From a virus, in the IMG/VR virus record IMGVR_UViG_3300029267_004179, positions 1 to 64,000 of that record: a DNA stretch of 64,000 nucleotides, one strand, 5' to 3'. The position numbers and the translations under genes were made by a program. Numbering within the stretch: the first letter of the stretch is position 1; every line of letters starts with the position of its first letter. The notes under the pieces were generated by a model. That model worked only from the letters and a program-made list of their open reading frames with translations, had not been told where the DNA came from and did not search any database. This document shows, in pieces, positions 1 through 10,627 of this stretch.

Positions 1-492
1 CCTTACTATAAGCCCGATTGATTCTGGGCAAGAAATAAGTATAACAGACCAAAATCTTGTCGGGACAATTGTCAAATATAGCACTGGATGGTGCTGCTTT
101 GTTCGAAAGAATAATGGCGAAATGGTAGTTGTGAAAGATAATGTTGGAACAAAAGGAAAGGCAATGCAGGTTGTTATGGGGGAAATCAATGCCAACGAAC
201 ATTAGAGAGCTTATGGATTTTTTTGATAGGGTAGGTGTTAAATGCAAAAGAAAATCCTCCAAACTCAATGGTGTTGTCATTATAGGTATGGATTCTGAAA
301 AAGTTTATTCATCAGGGGGTAATCCGTCTGCTTAAATCTCGTTTATCTTCGATAAAATGGTGATTTTTTTACGCATTATATTTGGGTAGGAGTAGTTATG
401 GGAAGAGAATCGTTTTTCAAGTTAGGACCGGGAAAGATTGGTTACCGGCCCTGACTTTTCTTGTTGTAACCATGAACAAAAGGAGGAAGTAG

Positions 493-1038
493 ATGACCCC
501 AATTAGCATTGGAGAATTAAAGAAAGCAATTAAGAGGGGTGAACCATTTGAATTTATTCCATTTTATGTGAGTGTTTTTAGCAACTGGTACCCTGCTATA
601 TTTGAAGAGGACGGAATTATATATCCAACGTCCGAGCACTATATGATGGCAAAGAAGGCAGAACTTTTTGAGGATTCCTTTATCTTGAAACAAATATTGG
701 ATACGGAGAATCCGGGAGTAGCAAAGGTTCTCGGTAGGCATGTGTCAAATTTTAACATCAAGATATGGAGAAAACATAGGTTTGATATAGTAGCTCAAGG
801 CGCTGCTTTGAAGTTCGTACAGAATCATGAGCTGAAACTTGAACTTCAGGCAACTAAAGGTAAAATTCTTGTCGAGGCCAGTCCGGTGGATAGGATATGG
901 GGGGTAGGTCTTGATAAGTCTGATAAGAAGGTTCATGACCCCTTTGAGTGGAGAGGTAAAAATCTGCTTGGTTTTGCTTTAATACGAGCAAGGCAGCTTA
1001 TAAGGAGTACAACGTGGAGAAGCAAAAACTTGAAGTAA
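493..1038 (+). CDS. NADAR (YbiA-like) family protein
   Basis: Motifs FSNWY, TSEHYMMAKKAELF, K.LGR.V.NF, LVEASPVDRIWGVG, WRGKNLLG; RBS AGGAGG. Confidence 0.93.
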   Translation: MTPISIGELKKAIKRGEPFEFIPFYVSVFSNWYPAIFEEDGIIYPTSEHYMMAKKAELFEDSFILKQILDTENPGVAKVLGRHVSNFNIKIWRKHRFDIVAQGAALKFVQNHELKLELQATKGKILVEASPVDRIWGVGLDKSDKKVHDPFEWRGKNLLGFALIRARQLIRSTTWRSKNLK

Positions 1039-1295
1039 CAGGTGTAGACATGAAAAACCATAGGGAAGTATCCGTTGACTTCTTTGATCTACTTAGTGCT
1101 GATCGAAAAAATTTTGTTATGGAATGTGTCGCTTGTTTCCAGTATAGAAACGGCAAGCGGAACCATGACGGTTCTTTAGGGGTAATTAGAATAACTCCAA
1201 AAGAATTGAATGATATTTTAGCATATGCCATGGAGCATAGTGAGCATATTACCTAAAGTAACAGGAGTACAACATGGAGAAGCAAAAACTTGAAG
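1003..1295 (+). repeat. 33-bp direct repeat (1003-1035 and 1263-1295) covering RBS and first codons of two adjacent genes
   Basis: AGGAGTACAAC(G/A)TGGAGAAGCAAAAACTTGAAG, 32/33 identical, 260 bp apart. Confidence 0.95.
1014..1256 (+). CDS. Hypothetical protein (alternative start at 1050)
   Basis: ORF with RBS AGGAG. Confidence 0.65.
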   Translation: MEKQKLEVTGVDMKNHREVSVDFFDLLSADRKNFVMECVACFQYRNGKRNHDGSLGVIRITPKELNDILAYAMEHSEHIT

Positions 1296-1513
1296 CACTT
1301 CTAAACAAGTGGCGAAAGCAGGAAAGAAGTCTTCAAATAACTACCGGCTGTGTTCGGGTGCGCCGGGATCGGGAACTACAGCTAAAGTATCTTCGGACCT
1401 GTATCTCCGATCTTGAACAAATTGTTCGGGAACGTGACAACTACTTTTGTCCATTTTGCGGTGGCAATTTGAGTGATATTGGAGAAATCAACTATGAACA
1501 ACACAAGGGTTAA
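1274..1513 (+). CDS. Hypothetical protein with C-terminal CPFCG
   Basis: ORF with RBS AGGAG. Confidence 0.7.
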   Translation: MEKQKLEALLNKWRKQERSLQITTGCVRVRRDRELQLKYLRTCISDLEQIVRERDNYFCPFCGGNLSDIGEINYEQHKG

Positions 1514-1539
1514 CAAATAGAATTATAGAGGAGGAAGTA

Positions 1540-1851
1540 ATGGATGAAAAATATGAAAACATGACACAGGAAGAAATATTTGATGGCCTTAAAAAAGGTA
1601 AATTTATGGGTAGGCCGGTTAAAGAATGGATTGAGATGGATTCGGAATATCTAAAGGCAGCACCGAAAGCTGAAGCATTATTAAAAGAAGTAGTTCGCTT
1701 GCGTGGGAAAGTATCAATATATGAAGATCGTATCCGGGGAATATGGTCTTTTGTCGAGTCGATGAGGGAAATGGAAAGAAAAGTAGGGATTAATCCTAAG
1801 AGTAAAGTGATAGGAAAACCGATAGAAGAATCACAAAAAAAGGGGGGATGA
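1540..1851 (+). CDS. Hypothetical coiled-coil protein
   Basis: RBS GAGGAGG; coupled to next ORF. Confidence 0.75.
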   Translation: MDEKYENMTQEEIFDGLKKGKFMGRPVKEWIEMDSEYLKAAPKAEALLKEVVRLRGKVSIYEDRIRGIWSFVESMREMERKVGINPKSKVIGKPIEESQKKGG

Positions 1852-2507
1852 TGACAAAAGTTAAAAGTGGAAGAAAAAAATCATGTACGAATTGTGGGCT
1901 TTTAAAAAGCATAGGGCACAAATCAATAAACAGGCTGAACTTTGTGGATATGTATAGTGCAGGATATGGATTTTGCACTTGGAAACCTGAAGAAAACGAT
2001 TTGCCAGTTTCATGGGCTTGTAAGCTCACAAAACATATAATCAATTCGCTACACCTACCGATAGTTAAAAGGGTTATTAAACGTCGCTATGGTGATCCTG
2101 ATTTTTATTGCCCGAAGTGGAAGCCTGAAAAGGTTTGTGTTTGTTCTGACCGTTTTACTACCAAAGATGTAAACAGGAATGGTTTTTGCCGTTGGTGTCA
2201 TGGGTTTGTTGACGATGAAGGCTCAAGGGGTAGTTCCCCCTATCGATACAATAGGTCGAAAGAACTACCGAAAGAGGATGGCATGTATTGGCGGCAAGAA
2301 GTATATGGTCCGGGGGCGGTTGGATTCCGAAAGATAGTTTATTTGCACCGTGAAGAAATACATGATGGAGTATCCGTGTTTTGTGATGGATGGTTAATAA
2401 ACAGAAAGATTAAATACCGATGGACCGGCCCTGTTGAAGCGCCTGAAGACTATCGTGAAGAAGACTATCGTGAAGAAGACTATCATGAAGAACAAAAGGA
2501 ATGGTAG
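1848..2507 (+). CDS. Cys-rich hypothetical protein with C-terminal EDYRE repeats
   Basis: 219-aa ORF; 15-bp tandem repeat x3 near 2445-2490. Confidence 0.75.
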   Translation: MMTKVKSGRKKSCTNCGLLKSIGHKSINRLNFVDMYSAGYGFCTWKPEENDLPVSWACKLTKHIINSLHLPIVKRVIKRRYGDPDFYCPKWKPEKVCVCSDRFTTKDVNRNGFCRWCHGFVDDEGSRGSSPYRYNRSKELPKEDGMYWRQEVYGPGAVGFRKIVYLHREEIHDGVSVFCDGWLINRKIKYRWTGPVEAPEDYREEDYREEDYHEEQKEW

Positions 2508-2708
2508 CCAATGAAAAGGACAAAATGGTTTCGTCTTGTTGATGATGGTGATTTTGTTTTAGGGTATTTTCACAACTTAATGAAAGCAAAGAGGGGTTTC
2601 AATGCTTTTGGTGAAAAATAAACTACAATGGTAGTTTATATTGAAACAATTAGTGATAAGGGATGGCAAAGGGCATCATTGCCGGAAAATAAACAGGAGA
2701 AGGTTGAT

Positions 2709-2975
2709 ATGAAAATTTATACTTATTATAGAGGAAAGGTCCATTCTCTTGAAGTTAAGGAAACAGAAAAGTTATTTATTGCCAACAAAGGAGCTGCCGC
2801 TTTTAGCTTTATTAGGAGATTTAGAAAGGATGGCTGTTGCTTAACACCTGTTGCTGCGGTGAATAAAGAAATTGGATTTCTTAAAGCGAGAATATCAGTT
2901 AAAAGAAGACATCTCATTGATGATGAGAAACGGCTTGATAAACTTCTTCACCTACTTGTCGAGACGTATAGTTGA
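2709..2975 (+). CDS. Hypothetical protein (probable start MKIYTYY)
   Basis: RBS CAGGAG upstream of ATG 2709. Confidence 0.65.
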   Translation: MKIYTYYRGKVHSLEVKETEKLFIANKGAAAFSFIRRFRKDGCCLTPVAAVNKEIGFLKARISVKRRHLIDDEKRLDKLLHLLVETYS

Positions 2976-3188
2976 TACGGTCTGAAAAAGATGTTCCATG
3001 GTGGAGGTGCAAACATCTACTTTGTGGTGTAAAGAGTTATGACGCTTGCCATCTTGGTTTCTTTCCACCTATACCTGCCGTGGTCAATGTAGAAGTTCCT
3101 TCCAGGTCAAAAATAAAAAAGCCGGAATGTTTTTATGGTGAGAATAAAATTTGTGATTGCTATACATCTATAGACAAGAGGACAAACA

Positions 3189-3605
3189 ATGAATAACTTT
3201 AAGGATGTAAAAAGAATGGAGAATAAGGCAAAGGTAATTTATTTTGCGGACGCTGGCGGTGACTTGGAAGAAGAAAAAGAAACAATAGAAAAACTACTCA
3301 AACGGAATGAAATCTTCTTCGATATAAAAGCTGTTGACCTACCACCTTTTGATGAGAAGTTTGATGTCTTGTTTTTTGATTGGGGTGGTATTTCTGTCGG
3401 TAATAGTATGCTTGAGCATTTCTGTCGTTATATCATAAATCATGCCGAAGACCATCCGGGAAATGTATATGTTATGACTTCTCAAATGACCGAAGCAGCA
3501 ATGATAGATGCCCTGTCTGTGATTCCAGATCGTCCTGAAAATATTTATTTGGACATCGGGCATGGCGATACATTGATGGCATTAAAGGTTTTTTCAAACC
3601 GGTAG
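3189..3605 (+). CDS. Stand-alone receiver (REC)-like domain protein
   Basis: VIYFAD (acidic beta1), FDVLFFDW (beta3 Asp) and VYVMTS (beta4 Thr/Ser) pattern. Confidence 0.5.
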   Translation: MNNFKDVKRMENKAKVIYFADAGGDLEEEKETIEKLLKRNEIFFDIKAVDLPPFDEKFDVLFFDWGGISVGNSMLEHFCRYIINHAEDHPGNVYVMTSQMTEAAMIDALSVIPDRPENIYLDIGHGDTLMALKVFSNR

Positions 3606-3619
3606 TTGGAGGCATAAAA

Positions 3620-4132
3620 ATGTTAGTTAATTGTCCATTTTGTGAGAATAAAATAGTGGTTTGGATGCACAATGAAGATGTGAAATTTTTTCCTCACGTT
3701 ATACTATATGAAATCCGTTGTACTTGTGATTTGTTTTGTAATGCCGATTCGGTGGAAAGGTTGTGGAAGCAAGAAAACACCATTGTTTGTTCTAGCTATA
3801 GTCTTGAAGAAGCCATAAAAAGATGGAACAAATGGGCAGTGAAAACAAAGTCATATTTAAAAAAGAAAGAAGTGGAGGACAAAATGGTAATCCGTGGAAA
3901 CAAAATGTCAGAACAGGAGGGCAAGATGGCGGTACAGGAAAAAGTAAGGAAAACAGTTGGAATCAAGGTAGTTTACGCCATTCCGAGTGAGATGACTGCT
4001 CATGAACAAGCTGAATTAGAAGAAAAAATCAATACTGCCATGATAACAATTGGTGCAAAGTGGTATGCCCAAGGGGTCGAGTTGGCAACTATGGAAAGGG
4101 ATATAGCTTTCGATGTCCCTTATGGTAGTTGA
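3620..4132 (+). CDS. Lar (restriction alleviation)-like Zn-ribbon protein, apparently fused in frame to a second small gene
   Basis: N-terminal CPFC...CxC...EEAIKRWN motif; internal GGAGG+ATG starts near 3884 and 3926. Confidence 0.6.
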   Translation: MLVNCPFCENKIVVWMHNEDVKFFPHVILYEIRCTCDLFCNADSVERLWKQENTIVCSSYSLEEAIKRWNKWAVKTKSYLKKKEVEDKMVIRGNKMSEQEGKMAVQEKVRKTVGIKVVYAIPSEMTAHEQAELEEKINTAMITIGAKWYAQGVELATMERDIAFDVPYGS

Positions 4133-4145
4133 AGGAGGTATTTTC

Positions 4146-4454
4146 ATGATAGTAAACGGCCGCAATTATGGTCTATGGGGGCAGTTCGTTGAACGCAAAG
4201 AAGAGTTCATTGGTGGTACTTTGGAAGAAACGGACGGAAGGGAAACAATTACAACAAAGATAACCGGCATCGAGTTGAAGCCGAATGGCGATGATTCTGC
4301 TTTTTTTCAAATATGTGGGGAGGATTTTAGCTGTGGTTTTGACGCTCAATGTGGAGGGGTAGATGGGGCACATTCAGGGGAAGGATGGATTGCTTTTGCC
4401 TCTGTATATGGTCTATCCTTCAAGATAAAACAGAAAGGGGATGAAGATGGCTGA
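4146..4454 (+). CDS. Hypothetical protein
   Basis: RBS GAAGGAGG upstream of ATG 4146. Confidence 0.75.
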   Translation: MIVNGRNYGLWGQFVERKEEFIGGTLEETDGRETITTKITGIELKPNGDDSAFFQICGEDFSCGFDAQCGGVDGAHSGEGWIAFASVYGLSFKIKQKGDEDG

Positions 4455-4935
4455 AAAAGAAAATGAGAAAAAAGCAGTAGATCAAGCAATCCAGTTTAAT
4501 GATATGGCTGCGAAGTGTGAAACCTGCAAAGAATTGAAGCCTTATGGTAGTTATATTACTATCGGCAGTGATTGTATAAACCCTGATGTTAAGCCACATA
4601 TAGGATCATTTCATTGTCTTGACTGTTGCTTAAAATGCTATAGAAAAGGCTCTTGCTTTAAAAATATAGATACTCCTTGGCATGTTCTGGCTCCCTTGTG
4701 CCGTGTTGCCAAGTCGTTTTATTCTGTTGAAATGGAAGTCATGTCTGAAGTCGTAAATTCTTTTACTTCCACTATAGAATATAGTTCCAAGCAAATATCT
4801 ATAGTTCTTAGTTCTGAAGATACCACGTTGCCTGAAAGTAAAGTTAAAATAAATAGTGAAATTAACTTTATTCATAGGCTTTCACAAGTGTTTGTTGCCC
4901 TGAAGAGAAGATTGATATCCAAGAAAGAAGGTTAA
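4447..4935 (+). CDS. Cys-rich hypothetical protein
   Basis: ORF overlapping upstream stop; CxxC motifs. Confidence 0.7.
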   Translation: MAEKENEKKAVDQAIQFNDMAAKCETCKELKPYGSYITIGSDCINPDVKPHIGSFHCLDCCLKCYRKGSCFKNIDTPWHVLAPLCRVAKSFYSVEMEVMSEVVNSFTSTIEYSSKQISIVLSSEDTTLPESKVKINSEINFIHRLSQVFVALKRRLISKKEG

Positions 4936-5672
4936 TATGAAGCTATATTTACTATATGGCTATGAACCGAAGACAAGGCTTATCGAAACCGTTAACGGGG
5001 AAGTTCCATTTATCGATTGGATTCAGGAGGAGATGAGAAGAATCAAAACGGCAAACCCAAACAGGGTAGTTATGATTGATGTGCAAGGGACCAATGCGGC
5101 ATTATTTGTTAATGATACCGGTTTTCGTAGGGTGGGGCAAACATTTCAATTTAAAGCTTCGATTGATGTTTAATTGATAAAAAAAGGGGGGCAGCAATGG
5201 CAACTAATTTTGCTATACATCATATAAAAGCAAAGATAAAGTTTAATACAGTATATAAATGTGCATCATGTAGTAATAAGGCTATAGGCAGGACTATGTT
5301 TGTTGAGTTTGACGGCTCATCTACAACTGAGCTGAAGGATATGGTAGATAGTATTCACCAGTCAGCTAATTATATGCCTGTTGGGTGGTCATTTAATGGT
5401 AAGTTTAATTGTGGGTGTGGTAGGTAAATGAAGATAGCATTTTCATTGCTTGCTTGTTTAAGGTGATGTTATGACAGATGAAAAGGTGATTAAAGCTGCA
5501 GTCAATGTACTTATGAAGCCTATTTTAGACTTGCTACAAGATGATCCGCATATGTGGAGTATGCGGCCATGTAGTACCTGTAGGGCAATATCGTCTATGG
5601 TAGGAAAACCGTTTGGCTGTTATTTTTATGCTCAGAAAATGCGTGAACAAAAATGCAAAAAGGAGGATAGCA

Positions 5673-7592
5673 ATGGATGATATTAAACTTCAGGCAAATA
5701 TGCAACGTGGTTCAAGAATGGGGGCTGATTTAAGAGAAAAATTCCTTGATGAAGCTATAGGTTTAAGAGAAAAATTCCTTGATGAGGCTGCAAAACAAAG
5801 TATAAAAACCACATCTACCGGTAGACCAAAAATCAATAACTTTGATAGGCTTCTTGACTGGGAGAACTTCGATAATCATATGTGTTCCTACATTTCCGGG
5901 CCGCAAGAAAAGTATGGAACATCTTTGAAGTTTAACGATCTATGTCACTATACCGGATTAAGGGTTATGACTTGGAATATCTTGAAGTATGCCCTTCGTC
6001 TGTGGAATATGGCCGGGAAGGTTAATGACTTTGAGAAGATCGCCCATTATGCACAAATGGCATGGACATTGAAAGAACAACAAAAAAGGAAACCACCATT
6101 TTTTTCTGAAGATACAGAAGGGGATTATGTAGTTGTCAGAGAAGAACCCATTAGCTTTTCAAATGTAACTGTAGATCAACTTCGTGAAGATAGTGATGAA
6201 TTCTTGAAAGTGAAGAAGGTTCTGGATAACTATCCTAAACTTAACAATCGAATTGGTGGACTGCTTGTTCATGTGGCTGTGGAGCAGTTGTGTGAGATTG
6301 CTTCTATTCCTCATAATAATACTTTCCCAGAGATTATTGATCGGATAGGCGGCATCCTTTCCACCGTCGATATGATCCATGCCGGGATGGATTTGCCTGA
6401 TGCCGTACAAGGGCTTGTTGATGAAAATAAGAAGCTGAAACAAAAGATTGAAAGACTACAAGCACTTGAAGCTGAAGCACTTGAAGCTGAACTTGAAAAC
6501 GCCTCTATGCTTAAAAAGAAAATCAAACACTTAACCAAAACAAATAAAGACCTATGCAAAAAGAATAGGGGTTTGGCCGGGCAGTTAAGGAAGGTAGAAG
6601 AGAAGGTGGAAAAGCTGAAGTCCTTGGCTGATAAAATGGATGTTGGATGTAGTGGACGATTTATAGAAAATTCGGTAGGCTCTGTGACTTCTCAAGAGCT
6701 GTCCCATGTTGTATTCGTTGGTGGTCCTGATGATGGGTATAGGATGGAACTGGAAGCAGCCAAATCATTAATCGATGCTGAAATCAAAACGGGTATTCCG
6801 ATTCGGAAAGATCCAAATTCTCTAAAATACTATCTTGTGAACCTTCAGGTTTACTATCCTATGAATGTTTACTATCCTATGAATGAGCATTCATTCAATA
6901 TGTTAGGGCTTGTTCTTTGGTATGCCGTCCCGAAAGAAATTTTTGATGTGATAAACAAATCAGACAACAAACAAATTGCACAATTCTTAATTTCCTTTTA
7001 TGAAGGATATAGAAGACTACCTGCAAACACAAATAAAATCCCTGAAGAGACTGACACCTTGAAGAAAAGGGTAGAAGAGTTGACAGTAAGGGTCAAAGAG
7101 TCGGAAAGTCAAAAGGCGGCACTTGCTATCAATGGCGATATGAAGGATAAAACAATTAAAAAACTTAAAGAATATTTCCTTTTTGATCCTCTTGATGATA
7201 CAGATGTTTTTTTTAAGAATGAAGGTGTATTCACGAACTACCAAAATTCGCCTGATGTTCTCTTTATCGGTGGGGTGCGTGATGGTGAAAGACTATCTGC
7301 TGAAGAAATAAAAAAAGAAATTTGCAAGGAGGGCTTTATAAGTCATGGTGATTTAATTACTTCCGACGATGGTTCTAAGTATGTTATCGTTAAAATTTCT
7401 TTCAACCAAAAACCCCTTGAATTTGGCGTATCCGCAAATGAAGTACTTAATCATACTTTTTTCTTTGCTATCCCTGAAGATAGCCATAAAAGCGTTAGTA
7501 TATCAAATTTCGTTTTAGAGAATCCAGGCGCAAGATTAAAGCTGTTTCTTGATAAACTTCAGCAATGGTATCGGGTGACTGATGATGGTTGA
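5673..7592 (+). CDS. Multidomain protein: DUF3310/SaV-like N-terminal region, coiled coils, two GG-x-x-DG domains
   Basis: NILKYALR...DFEKIAHY motif; repeats VFVGGPDDGYR and LFIGGVRDGER; RBS AGGAGG before ATG 5673. Confidence 0.6.
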   Translation: MDDIKLQANMQRGSRMGADLREKFLDEAIGLREKFLDEAAKQSIKTTSTGRPKINNFDRLLDWENFDNHMCSYISGPQEKYGTSLKFNDLCHYTGLRVMTWNILKYALRLWNMAGKVNDFEKIAHYAQMAWTLKEQQKRKPPFFSEDTEGDYVVVREEPISFSNVTVDQLREDSDEFLKVKKVLDNYPKLNNRIGGLLVHVAVEQLCEIASIPHNNTFPEIIDRIGGILSTVDMIHAGMDLPDAVQGLVDENKKLKQKIERLQALEAEALEAELENASMLKKKIKHLTKTNKDLCKKNRGLAGQLRKVEEKVEKLKSLADKMDVGCSGRFIENSVGSVTSQELSHVVFVGGPDDGYRMELEAAKSLIDAEIKTGIPIRKDPNSLKYYLVNLQVYYPMNVYYPMNEHSFNMLGLVLWYAVPKEIFDVINKSDNKQIAQFLISFYEGYRRLPANTNKIPEETDTLKKRVEELTVRVKESESQKAALAINGDMKDKTIKKLKEYFLFDPLDDTDVFFKNEGVFTNYQNSPDVLFIGGVRDGERLSAEEIKKEICKEGFISHGDLITSDDGSKYVIVKISFNQKPLEFGVSANEVLNHTFFFAIPEDSHKSVSISNFVLENPGARLKLFLDKLQQWYRVTDDG

Positions 7593-7660
7593 AAGGTATG
7601 GAAGAAATACTGTGATAAGGGGGATTTAAGAAGCTTAAAGTTTAAAAAATAACCTATTTC

Positions 7661-7732
7661 ATTTAGCCTGTATTAAATGATCTTTTTAAACTAATAGTAG
7701 GGTGAGGCTTTATTATATTACAGAGCTTAAAA
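7661..7732 (+). repeat. Dispersed 72-73 bp element, copy 1 (divergent)
   Basis: ATTTA...GATCT..AAACTAATAGTAGGGT...CTTAAAA; its flank CTTAAAACTTAAATAA is shared with copy 2. Confidence 0.75.
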
Positions 7733-8255
7733 CTTAAATAAGGAGGTTTGTACGATGGCTGATGAGGAAATTTCATTAAAATGGATTTTATAAAAGATAT
7801 GACTAAAGATATAGAAGTTACATGTGATGATTTTTTTGATATCTGCTCTGCTTCTGATTACTGTATGGCGGCATATTCAAATGCAAATATTTATTTTCGC
7901 AAGGATAATCTTCAGTTAATTGGGGTCCATATTCTTAAAAGCAATAGTTATTTTATCAATGCTGATTATTCTAAATTGTATTTAAAACCGGTAGAAGTGG
8001 CATAATTGGTGAAAAAAGATATTGATCAGAGATATGGTGAGAGGATAGTCAGAAAGGGTGGTCAAATTCTTTTTGATCATCATATTTATACTTCCAGAAA
8101 ATTACAAGACAGAGTAGGTCATTGTGTCAAGGTAAAGGGATATGGGTATGGCGCTATAGATGTTTCTCTATTGTCCGAACAAACAACGGGCATTGGGGGA
8201 AAGGTGATTTTATATGTATGATAGAGCATGAAGACAAACATGGGGGGAAGGTATA

Positions 8256-8510
8256 ATGGAGGCGATAAAGATTGAAGGGATGAATGTAGTTGTTGCTGAA
8301 AATCAAAATGAGTATGAGACAATTCATGGACATGTTGACCCGGATGATCCGCAGGGAGTTATCACATACTGCTTTAGGTTTTCAGAAGAAGAATTGGTGG
8401 AAATAGCAAAGACAAATAGGATATATGTTCAACTAATGACCTTTAAGTGCAATGTTCAACCGATAAATATAACTACCAAGAACCCAATTCAAAAGAGTAA
8501 GGACGATTAA
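8256..8510 (+). CDS. Hypothetical phage protein
   Basis: AENQxEYxT...FRFSEEEL...IYVQLMTF pattern; coupled start. Confidence 0.7.
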   Translation: MEAIKIEGMNVVVAENQNEYETIHGHVDPDDPQGVITYCFRFSEEELVEIAKTNRIYVQLMTFKCNVQPINITTKNPIQKSKDD

Positions 8511-9034
8511 GATGATTTTTATAATGTTTGGTCAGTGTTGTTCGGCAAGTGGTTCGATTTTTTATCAGAGAAAGACTTTACCTTCACGGTAGGCGGATGC
8601 TTCTTTTGTGATTGGGTATATACCCCAATATGGGATACTTTACAAGATGCTTTTGAATATGAAGAACCTGATCTTTCCTGCCTTGAACAACTATCCAAAG
8701 AGGCAAGAGAACTATTATTTTCAAAAATTGATATATAGGGGGTATTATGGGGGTTATGAGGTGTGACAGAAACGGCTGCGGAATTATTATGTGTGATCGG
8801 TATTCTTATGAATATGGCTATATCTGTGATAGATGTTTTGAAGACCTTTTGGAACAGCTTGGCAGTGGGACAGTTGAAGATATTAAAGAGTTTATGTCTG
8901 AACCATTAAGGGTAGTGTCAAAGCAGTCGATTCGGAGTGAACTTGAGAAAATATTTGTAGATCAAAATGCTGCTGTTGAATAGAGATATGAAGAGAAAAC
9001 ATATTTTGCACTTCTAAATAAGGAGGGGTTTATC

Positions 9035-9292
9035 ATGGATTGGGGATCATTTATGTTCAAGTTGGTTGAAGTGATTGGTGCTTATTTTGTTATTTCCGGT
9101 GTAATTACTTTTTTCTGTTGGCAATATGGAAAGGCACAAAAGAAACAGGCAGTTTATTATGAAAAGAAAGATCACTGGATTGGCTATTTTTACAGTGGTG
9201 CTTTTGGAGGTACAGGAAGGGTAGTTTATATATGCCTTATTCCAAGATTTCTTATTAGGATTGAAAGGAAAGGGCAAAACAAAAGAGTTTAA
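9035..9292 (+). CDS. Small membrane protein
   Basis: RBS AAGGAGG; N-terminal hydrophobic helix. Confidence 0.65.
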   Translation: MDWGSFMFKLVEVIGAYFVISGVITFFCWQYGKAQKKQAVYYEKKDHWIGYFYSGAFGGTGRVVYICLIPRFLIRIERKGQNKRV

Positions 9293-9311
9293 AATATAAA
9301 GGAGATAGCAA

Positions 9312-9692
9312 ATGAGCAACTATACTTTTGAAGAACTTGAGAAGCTTTCGGTAGCTGAGCTTGAAGCCCTTAAAAAAGAAAAGATGGTAGAACTTGCAGA
9401 AGTCAGACAGGGCAAGATGGTTCTGATTGGCAATATCCTGTCTTTCCAAGGGTTGATTGAAGTTGAAAAGAAAAAGATTCAATTCAATCGTAATAGTCTG
9501 AAAGAAGCTTTTTATCACCTGTATGATGGGACGGTCCCTGATTGTGAGCCTGTCTTGGTTCGTGGCTACTTTTCCGTTACACATGGGGGGTTTGTCTTCG
9601 GGTATAACTGTCAAGATGGTGGTGGTTATGTTAAATTGAAAGACCTATCGGAAGATACCATTATTAAGCCGGTCAGAATTTTGGAGGGATAA
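9312..9692 (+). CDS. Hypothetical protein
   Basis: RBS GGAGA; 126 aa. Confidence 0.75.
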   Translation: MSNYTFEELEKLSVAELEALKKEKMVELAEVRQGKMVLIGNILSFQGLIEVEKKKIQFNRNSLKEAFYHLYDGTVPDCEPVLVRGYFSVTHGGFVFGYNCQDGGGYVKLKDLSEDTIIKPVRILEG

Positions 9693-10111
9693 TCCAGAAG
9701 AAGCAAAGGGAAAAGTCATGAAAAGGCAGTTTCAATTAATGTGCCGGTACAAAAAATACGAGTTCTGCCGTTATGTTGGGTGTTTGAAGTTAAGGGAATC
9801 TGTATGTATATTAAAAGATAGGAAGTGCATCTATACCGCAAAACAGCTTCATAAATTGCTTGAAGCCAAAGGGTTTGAAATTGTAAAGGAGGATAAATGA
9901 AACAATGTAGTCATGAAAATACTCATCCTGAAGAGTGGCCGGATGGAGGCATAGAAGTCTGTGATGATTGCGGGATGTCCCGGCACGTTTGGGAGTGGGG
10001 TGAATCAGGATGGATAATGGTTCATGATATCCCAAAATGTAGAAAAAAATTACAAGAATATATAGACTGTATAAAAGCAATGCACTTGAAGAAGATTAAA
10101 AAAGACCTGTG

Positions 10112-10338
10112 ATGATCATGCAAATTTTCAAGCCTATAAAAAAAAGATAACTCCTGATACAATGGAAATTGATGATCCTTTTTATGATCATTCTCACGGA
10201 ATGAGTATTGATACTGAAATCACCTTATGCTCAGTAGTTTGTGAGGAATGGAACTATACCTTCATGAGTCCACGAAAACGCATTACATGCCCACTCTGTT
10301 TAGATATAATTAGACATTGCAAAACATATAAACTATAA
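10112..10338 (+). pseudogene. Small Zn-binding protein gene frameshifted at an A8 run (10138-10145)
   Basis: ATG 10112 is coupled to the upstream stop; reading continues in the -1 frame to ...KRITCPLCLDIIRHCK. Confidence 0.55.
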
Positions 10339-10354
10339 ATATAAAGGAGTAGTT

Positions 10355-10627
10355 ATGAAACGGGATATGATAACCGATGAACAAATAGAGAGAGCAAAAG
10401 AACTAATAGTTGAGCGTCTTCATGCTGTAATTGAACAGAAAGGAAAAGACTCATTTGCTTCTGCTCAAGAATTACGTGGGGTCCTTAATACAGAAGTTGA
10501 TGAATTCAATAAGGAAGTAAGGGTTCATGGCAATTCACGTCGCCTTAAACATGAGTTATGTGATGTTGCCATTACCTGTATTTTTGGTATTGCTTGCATA
10601 AACGCTCAAAGGTCGAAGGGTAAATGA
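10355..10627 (+). CDS. MazG-like nucleotide pyrophosphohydrolase domain protein
   Basis: S.QE..GVL..EVDE...KHELCDVA helix motif. Confidence 0.6.
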   Translation: MKRDMITDEQIERAKELIVERLHAVIEQKGKDSFASAQELRGVLNTEVDEFNKEVRVHGNSRRLKHELCDVAITCIFGIACINAQRSKGK

